From: Acutalibacteraceae bacterium
Lineage (GTDB): Bacteria > Bacillota > Clostridia > Oscillospirales > Acutalibacteraceae
Reading direction: 5' to 3'
Length of the DNA: 64,000 nucleotides
Assembly: GCA_045652105.1 (NCBI GenBank)
Contig: JAZRTP010000031.1
Coordinates: 23,011-87,010, forward strand
A program made the translations under genes and the position numbers. Shown here piece by piece: positions 61,663 to 64,000 of this stretch. Position 1 is the stretch's first letter. Every line of letters begins with the position of its first letter. The notes beneath the pieces are model-generated. The model saw only the letters and a program-made list of their open reading frames with translations. It did no database searches and was not told the DNA's origin.

Positions 61663-61790
61663 AAAAAAGGGCACACTTACATAAGGGTACCTGAAAGTTC
61701 CCTGATATAAGCTGCCCAGACGGTCGACAAAGAGTTTTGCTGAGTCCTTTGATCCAGTGTGGTGCTCCACTTTTACCGTCAGTTTCAAAG
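61663..61790 (-). promoter_or_regulatory. ZTP (pfl-motif) riboswitch with an intrinsic-terminator expression platform, leader of the pur operon
   Basis: The minus strand reads CTTTGAaACTGACGGtaaaaGTGGagcaCCACacTGGaTCAAAG ...linker... CGACCGTCTGGGCAgc.
- P1 is CTTTGA/TCAAAG.
- The conserved ACUG.CGG and GUGG..CCAC elements are present.
- The 3' CCGUCUGGGCA pseudoknot partner is complementary to GACGG.
- The aptamer spans about 61713..61790.
- It is followed by the hairpin GGGCAGCTTAT...GTAAGTGTGCCC + TTTTTTG (61663..61717), which overlaps the pseudoknot strand. Confidence 0.8.
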
Positions 61791-61830
61791 AACTTTACAT
61801 ACATTATTTATGTGAACAAATCACTCGTAA

Positions 61831-61860
61831 AGTATAGCACAAAAACGTCGGCTTTGTCAA
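61831..61860 (-). promoter_or_regulatory. Sigma-A-like promoter (TTGACA-18-TATACT) for the pur operon
   Basis: Read on the minus strand, about 35 nt upstream of the riboswitch P1. Confidence 0.6.
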
Positions 61861-61986
61861 TTAACAAGTGCCACAAAAGTTATTTTTGACAATAAAGACA
61901 AATTCATTTATCTGATTGCCCGTGATATTGTGTTATTTTACATTCAGGCTGATGCAAATGAGGCTGAAAATGACTTAAAAAACGGC

Positions 61987-62016
61987 AAAAAAGCACAGCA
62001 GAATCTGCCGTGCTTT
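61987..62016 (-). terminator. Rho-independent terminator of the ABC exporter gene
   Basis: On the minus strand: AGCACGGCAG-ATT-CTGCTGTGCT followed by TTTTTT. Confidence 0.7.
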
Positions 62017-62024
62017 TGATAAGC

Positions 62025-64000
62025 TTATTCCATTTCAAAGGTACCGGTGTAAAGCTGATAGTATTTTCCGCCCTTTGAGATGAGAGAATCGTGATTGCCT
62101 TCCTCGATAATTTCACCCTTTTCAAGAACAACGATTTTTTCGGAGTTTCTGACGGTGGAAAGTCTGTGGGCAATAACAAATACGGTGCGGTCCTCCATAA
62201 TGGAGTCCATACCAACCTCAATCAGACGCTCTGTTCTTGTGTCAACAGATGAAGTGGCCTCGTCAAGAATGAGAAGGGGAGCACCGGCAATTGCAGCTCT
62301 TGCAATGTTGATAAGCTGAGCCTGTCCGACACTGATATTGACTCCGTCTGCCTTGATTTCTGTCTGATAACCGTCGGGAAGCTTTTCAATGAAGGAGTGG
62401 GCGTTTGCAATTTTTGCCGCCGCAATAACCTCCTCGTCGGTGGCATCAAGCTTGCCGTAACGGATGTTGTCGGCAATTGTGCCTGAGAAAAGCTTTGTGT
62501 CCTGAAGCACCATTGCCATTGAATGACGAAGGTCATCCTTTCTGATGTCCTTGATGTCAATTCCGTCATAGGTAATCTGACCTCTGTCAATTTCATAAAA
62601 GCGGTTGATAAGGTTTGTGATTGTTGTTTTACCTGCACCCGTTGAGCCGACAAATGCAACCTTTGTTCCGCTTTCGGCTTCAACAGAAACGTTTTTCAGA
62701 ACATCGGTGCCTTCAACATAAGCAAAGGTAATGTCTTTGACACAGATATTACCGCCGAGCTTTACATATTCACAGCCCTGCTCTGAGGGGATTTTCCAGC
62801 TCAGAACACCCTCTGTGCTGTCGGTTTCCTCAGGCTCACCGAGAGCGTTTCTGATGATTCTTACAAGTGTGACCTTGCCTTCGTCTGTTTCGGGAGCTGT
62901 GTCAAGAACCTCAAAAACTCTTTCTGCACCTGCAAGGGCAGAGATGAGGGAGCTGTAACAGCTTGCAATTGAAATGATGGGTGAAGCATAGCCCTGAGAC
63001 TGCTTGACATAATTGACAAGGGCGCTGACTGTCATTGAGCCTGAAAGGACAAGGGATGCACCGTAGAAAACAACAATTGCATAATTGAGTCTTGTGATAA
63101 GGCTCATAAGAGGTGACATAAAGCCGCCGATGATGTTTGCCTTAACACCTGTCTTGCGGTAATTTTCATTAAGGACATGGAAGGCTTCCTTTGTTTCCTG
63201 CTCGTGTGAAAAGAGCTTGACAATTTTGATGCCCTTAATGTACTCCTCGGTAAAGCCGTTCATTTCTGCAACGGCCTTCTGCTGCTTTTTGAAAAGCGGT
63301 GAGCACTTTGCGGTGACAATGAACACTGTTAAAAGCATAAAGGCAATTGCAACGGTGATTGTCAGAGTCAGCCTGAAGGAAATCATTACCATAATGGTGA
63401 TTGTCATAACCGCAGAAATTGAGGATGAAATGAGGGTGGGCAGATAGTTTGAAACAAGGTCGTTGATTCTGCCGACGTCATTTGTGAAATGGCTCATTAT
63501 TGCACCGGTTTTTCTCTTGTCAAAAAATTCAAGGGGAAGGGACTGAAGATGATTGAACAGATCTCTTCTCATGTTTGCAAGAGTTCTTGCGGAAACGGTG
63601 AGCATAATTCTCTGATAAGCAAGGTTGCACAGTGCTCCGAGAATATAGCCTGAGCCCATAAGAATGAGCCAGAAGCTGATTTTTCCGAAGGCATTTTCAA
63701 TTTCAACGCCCTTGAGCACATCGGTAAGAATGTTATAAACAGGGAACATTGTGATTGAAGAAAGGATTGTGACAACAGAGCCGAGAACAACAAGAAATGC
63801 AACAAGGATAAGACGGGACTTGAAGGGTCTCAGATAAGCGAAAAGTCTTTTTGTTGCCGCCTTGATGTCCTTGGGCTTTGCCTTCTTCTTTCTTTCTTCC
63901 TTTGCAAGGCGTTCTTTTTTCTGTTCCTCGGTTTCATTTTCGGGAATCTTTTTTGCTTTTGCAGAGGAAAGGGTTCTTTTTCTTTTCTTTTTCTTTGTGT
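62025..64000 (-). CDS. ABC exporter, fused permease + ATPase (MsbA/multidrug type); the 5' end lies beyond the right window edge
   Basis: Walker A GSTGAGKTT, signature ISVGQAQ, Walker B LLILDEATSSVD. The reading frame stays open upstream of the track's Met (63749) through ...KRLFAYLRPFKSRLILVAFLVVLGSVV and a Lys-rich stretch to position 64000. Confidence 0.85.
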   Translation of the reverse strand, partial: TKKKKRKRTLSSAKAKKIPENETEEQKKERLAKEERKKKAKPKDIKAATKRLFAYLRPFKSRLILVAFLVVLGSVVTILSSITMFPVYNILTDVLKGVEIENAFGKISFWLILMGSGYILGALCNLAYQRIMLTVSARTLANMRRDLFNHLQSLPLEFFDKRKTGAIMSHFTNDVGRINDLVSNYLPTLISSSISAVMTITIMVMISFRLTLTITVAIAFMLLTVFIVTAKCSPLFKKQQKAVAEMNGFTEEYIKGIKIVKLFSHEQETKEAFHVLNENYRKTGVKANIIGGFMSPLMSLITRLNYAIVVFYGASLVLSGSMTVSALVNYVKQSQGYASPIISIASCYSSLISALAGAERVFEVLDTAPETDEGKVTLVRIIRNALGEPEETDSTEGVLSWKIPSEQGCEYVKLGGNICVKDITFAYVEGTDVLKNVSVEAESGTKVAFVGSTGAGKTTITNLINRFYEIDRGQITYDGIDIKDIRKDDLRHSMAMVLQDTKLFSGTIADNIRYGKLDATDEEVIAAAKIANAHSFIEKLPDGYQTEIKADGVNISVGQAQLINIARAAIAGAPLLILDEATSSVDTRTERLIEVGMDSIMEDRTVFVIAHRLSTVRNSEKIVVLEKGEIIEEGNHDSLISKGGKYYQLYTGTFEME

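Noticed and set aside
61630-61830. Guanine/purine riboswitch as the pur operon leader
   Set aside because: There is no UAUGG...UUUCUACC...CCGUAAA core. The conserved strings present (ACUGACGG, GUGG/CCAC, CCGUCUGGGCA) fit the ZTP/pfl motif instead.
1-64000. CRISPR arrays, rRNA/tRNA genes, transposases, integrases, prophage blocks and toxin-antitoxin pairs
   Set aside because: No regularly spaced direct repeats, no tRNA cloverleaf candidates and no recombinase- or transposase-like translations appear in the six-frame track. The only repeat families found are the ones reported above.

Overview
The window is 64 kb of chromosome from a low/mid-GC Firmicute. Gene content looks Clostridia/Oscillospiraceae-like, but the taxon is inference only. 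It holds about 45 protein genes. I saw no rRNA, tRNA, CRISPR array, transposase, integrase or prophage genes.

Left end (1-3.1 kb): a partial DUF1846/UPF0371 gene and a NifU-like + GGGtGRT gene pair.

Accessory stretch (3.1-13.4 kb): secreted or surface proteins, namely a GDSL hydrolase, a metallophosphoesterase, a 1454-aa Listeria-Bacteroides-repeat surface protein and an esterase-like protein. It also carries two extra ~90%-identical copies of the last 55-94 nt of the GGGtGRT gene, each followed by its own terminator. This looks like a scar of serial cassette insertion.

Middle (13.6-32.6 kb): an SDR-family enzyme, an orphan PTS-EIIC-like permease co-transcribed with fhs, and an ECF-S-like membrane protein. 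These are followed by a divergon.
- The minus arm encodes two membrane-anchored cytoplasmic proteins, a SEDS (RodA/FtsW) protein with a ~170-200 aa extra extracytoplasmic insertion, and a class B PBP.
- The plus arm is a tightly coupled six-gene cytosolic signalling operon: a double-HTH protein, an atypical kinase-like protein, a MIDAS-degenerate vWA, a MIDAS-intact vWA, a PP2C with a long acidic tail, and a soluble Hanks kinase with a helical tail.
- This expanded vWA/PP2C/STK module is my best candidate for an undescribed system.

Right half (32.6-64 kb): housekeeping genes (RluA-family synthase, pncB, XRE regulator, two oxidoreductases, proS, type-2 ileS), a secreted lysozyme-like protein with a ~370-nt leader, and a ceramidase-like protein plus a Cys-type sulfatase. 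A 10-gene purine operon, purE-purC-purF-purM-purN-purO-purH-glyA-purD-purL, sits under a ZTP (pfl) riboswitch, and its purF lacks the catalytic N-terminal Cys. A partial ABC exporter lies at the right edge.

All functional calls come from reading motifs in the supplied translations. No database search was run.
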